A stretch of 32,000 nucleotides of DNA from positions 10,083-42,082 of the forward strand of contig JAFTDT010000051.1 of NCBI GenBank assembly GCA_017453985.1, given 5' to 3'. Below the pieces are notes generated by a model. The model was not told the origin of the DNA and searched no databases. It saw only the letters and a program-made list of their open reading frames with translations. Positions 30,864-32,000 of the stretch are shown piece by piece. The position numbers were made by a program, and so were the translations under genes. The DNA is from Clostridia bacterium (GTDB lineage Bacteria; Bacillota; Clostridia; Oscillospirales; Butyricicoccaceae). Each line of letters opens with the position of its first letter. Position 1 is the stretch's first letter.

Positions 30864-31616
30864 ATGGTAAAGTCGATCGAGGCAAAAGGGGATACCATAG
30901 AGGCGGCGGTGGAAAATGCACTGCAGCTTCTGGGCTTGGATAGAGACGATGTTTCGGTGGAGGTGCTCAAGAACTCCAAATCCGGATTTTTGGGCATAGG
31001 CAAGGAGCCGGCGATAGTGAGAGTGTCATACTCCACCTCGCCGGGCGAGCGCGCCAAGAGCTTTTTGGAGGGGCTGCTGATACGCTTCGGCACGCCCGCT
31101 GAGGTCAGAATGACCGAGGACACGGAAACGAATACGATAAGCATGGAGCTGAGCGGCGAGAAGATGGGCGCTGTGATCGGCAGACGCGGCGACACGCTGG
31201 ACGCGATACAGTACCTCACCAACATCGTCGCCAACCGTGACGAGGACGAGCGCTGGCGCGTGGTGGTGGATACGGAAAACTACCGGGCAAAGCGTGAGAC
31301 TTCGCTGGAGTCGCTGGCGGAGAAAACGGCGCAGAAGGTGATAAAATATCGGAAGTCCGTGGCGCTGGAGCCGATGAATCCGCACGAGCGCAGGATAATC
31401 CATTCCGCGCTGCAGGGCAACGAGGCGGTGACGACCTATTCCATCGGCAGCGAGCCGAACCGCAAGGTCGTGGTCGCGCTGGCGGGCAGCGAGGGGCAGC
31501 AGCAGAGGAGCGGAGGCTCTGGCACGGCAGGCGGAGGAAAGCCGCGCCGCCGCCGCAGGAGAAGCGGACCGAAAAAGGAGTATGCCCCCGGGCAGAGCGC
31601 CTCTGCGGAAGAATAA
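30864..31616 (+). CDS. jag: RNA-binding protein Jag/KhpB (Jag_N, KH, R3H) with Arg-rich C-terminal tail
   Basis: 250 aa. KH-like GAVIGRRGDTLDAIQYL, R3H-like LEPMNPHERRIIHSAL, and tail GGGKPRRRRRRSGPKK. AGGAGG RBS. Confidence 0.88.
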   Translation: MVKSIEAKGDTIEAAVENALQLLGLDRDDVSVEVLKNSKSGFLGIGKEPAIVRVSYSTSPGERAKSFLEGLLIRFGTPAEVRMTEDTETNTISMELSGEKMGAVIGRRGDTLDAIQYLTNIVANRDEDERWRVVVDTENYRAKRETSLESLAEKTAQKVIKYRKSVALEPMNPHERRIIHSALQGNEAVTTYSIGSEPNRKVVVALAGSEGQQQRSGGSGTAGGGKPRRRRRRSGPKKEYAPGQSASAEE

Positions 31617-31628
31617 CAGAAAATATAC

Positions 31629-31662
31629 AGAGCCGTGACGGGATACCGCCACGGCTCTTTTC
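31629..31662. terminator. Hairpin terminator between convergent jag and NUDIX genes
   Basis: agagccgtg-acgggataccgc-cacggctct followed by tttc. Confidence 0.6.
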
Positions 31663-31674
31663 ATGCTTTACGGT

Positions 31675-32000
31675 TTATTTTCCTGCCAGATACAGGGCAA
31701 AGGCGGCGAGGGTAAAGCCGTCTTTTATTTCGCCTGCGCGTATCAGCTCCGTCAGCTCGCGCTCGCTCAAAAGCTCCAGCGCCTCGATGCCCTCGTGCCC
31801 CGTCTGCAAGGCGGGATTGTTCACCCGGCAAAGATATACCTCCGCCTCGCCGCCCAGCACGCCGCTGTCGGCGGCAACGGAGCCAAGCCTGCGGATATCC
31901 GTCACCTCGGAAACGCCCAGCTCCTCCCGCAGCTCCTTGCGGAGATTTTCCTCGGCTTTAAGCCCCCGTTCGCCAAAGCCGCGGGGAAAGGCGAGCATGC
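31675..32000 (-). CDS. NUDIX hydrolase, C-terminal part (N-terminus beyond window end)
   Basis: Nudix-box-like GFGERGLKAEENLRKELREELGV. The ORF is open to the window edge. Confidence 0.7.
   Translation of the reverse strand, partial: MLAFPRGFGERGLKAEENLRKELREELGVSEVTDIRRLGSVAADSGVLGGEAEVYLCRVNNPALQTGHEGIEALELLSERELTELIRAGEIKDGFTLAAFALYLAGK

Overview
This is a high-GC chromosomal segment, roughly 57-65% GC by eye. It looks like a spore-forming-lineage Bacillota (Clostridia, Oscillospiraceae/Ruminococcaceae-like), but that taxonomic placement is an inference. Evidence for it: a sigma-F sporulation module, T-box leaders, an ECF transporter cluster and a dockerin-bearing surface protein.

Most of the window is housekeeping, in this order:
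- ecfA1(partial)-ecfA2-ecfT-truA
- an anchored hypothetical, cvpA, pgsA and a ClpC-like AAA+ unfoldase
- a 5-tRNA operon (Gly-Arg-His-Gln-Lys)
- a DMT transporter and pepD
- T-box(Cys)-cysE
- an NYN/PIN-like gene on the minus strand
- T-box(Val)-valS-folC
- spoIIAA-spoIIAB-sigF
- a 1648-aa secreted repeat protein with a C-terminal dockerin-like module (minus strand)
- a small membrane protein, an HD-domain nucleotidase and spoIIE (all minus strand)
- rpmH-rnpA-yidD-yidC-jag, then a partial NUDIX gene (minus strand)

The standout is a sharply AT-rich (~35-45% GC) island of about 1.9 kb at ~7.48-9.42 kb, wedged between the clpC-like gene and the tRNA-operon promoter. It carries only two tightly coupled genes: an ABC/SMC-type (AAA_21-like) ATPase and a DUF4276-type small protein with a TOPRIM-like acidic motif set. 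This is a split-OLD / PARIS-like architecture and the best candidate for an uncharacterised conflict (anti-phage) system.

The second notable item is spoIIE, which is interrupted by a single in-frame TAG.

The many long antisense ORFs in the track are high-GC artefacts.
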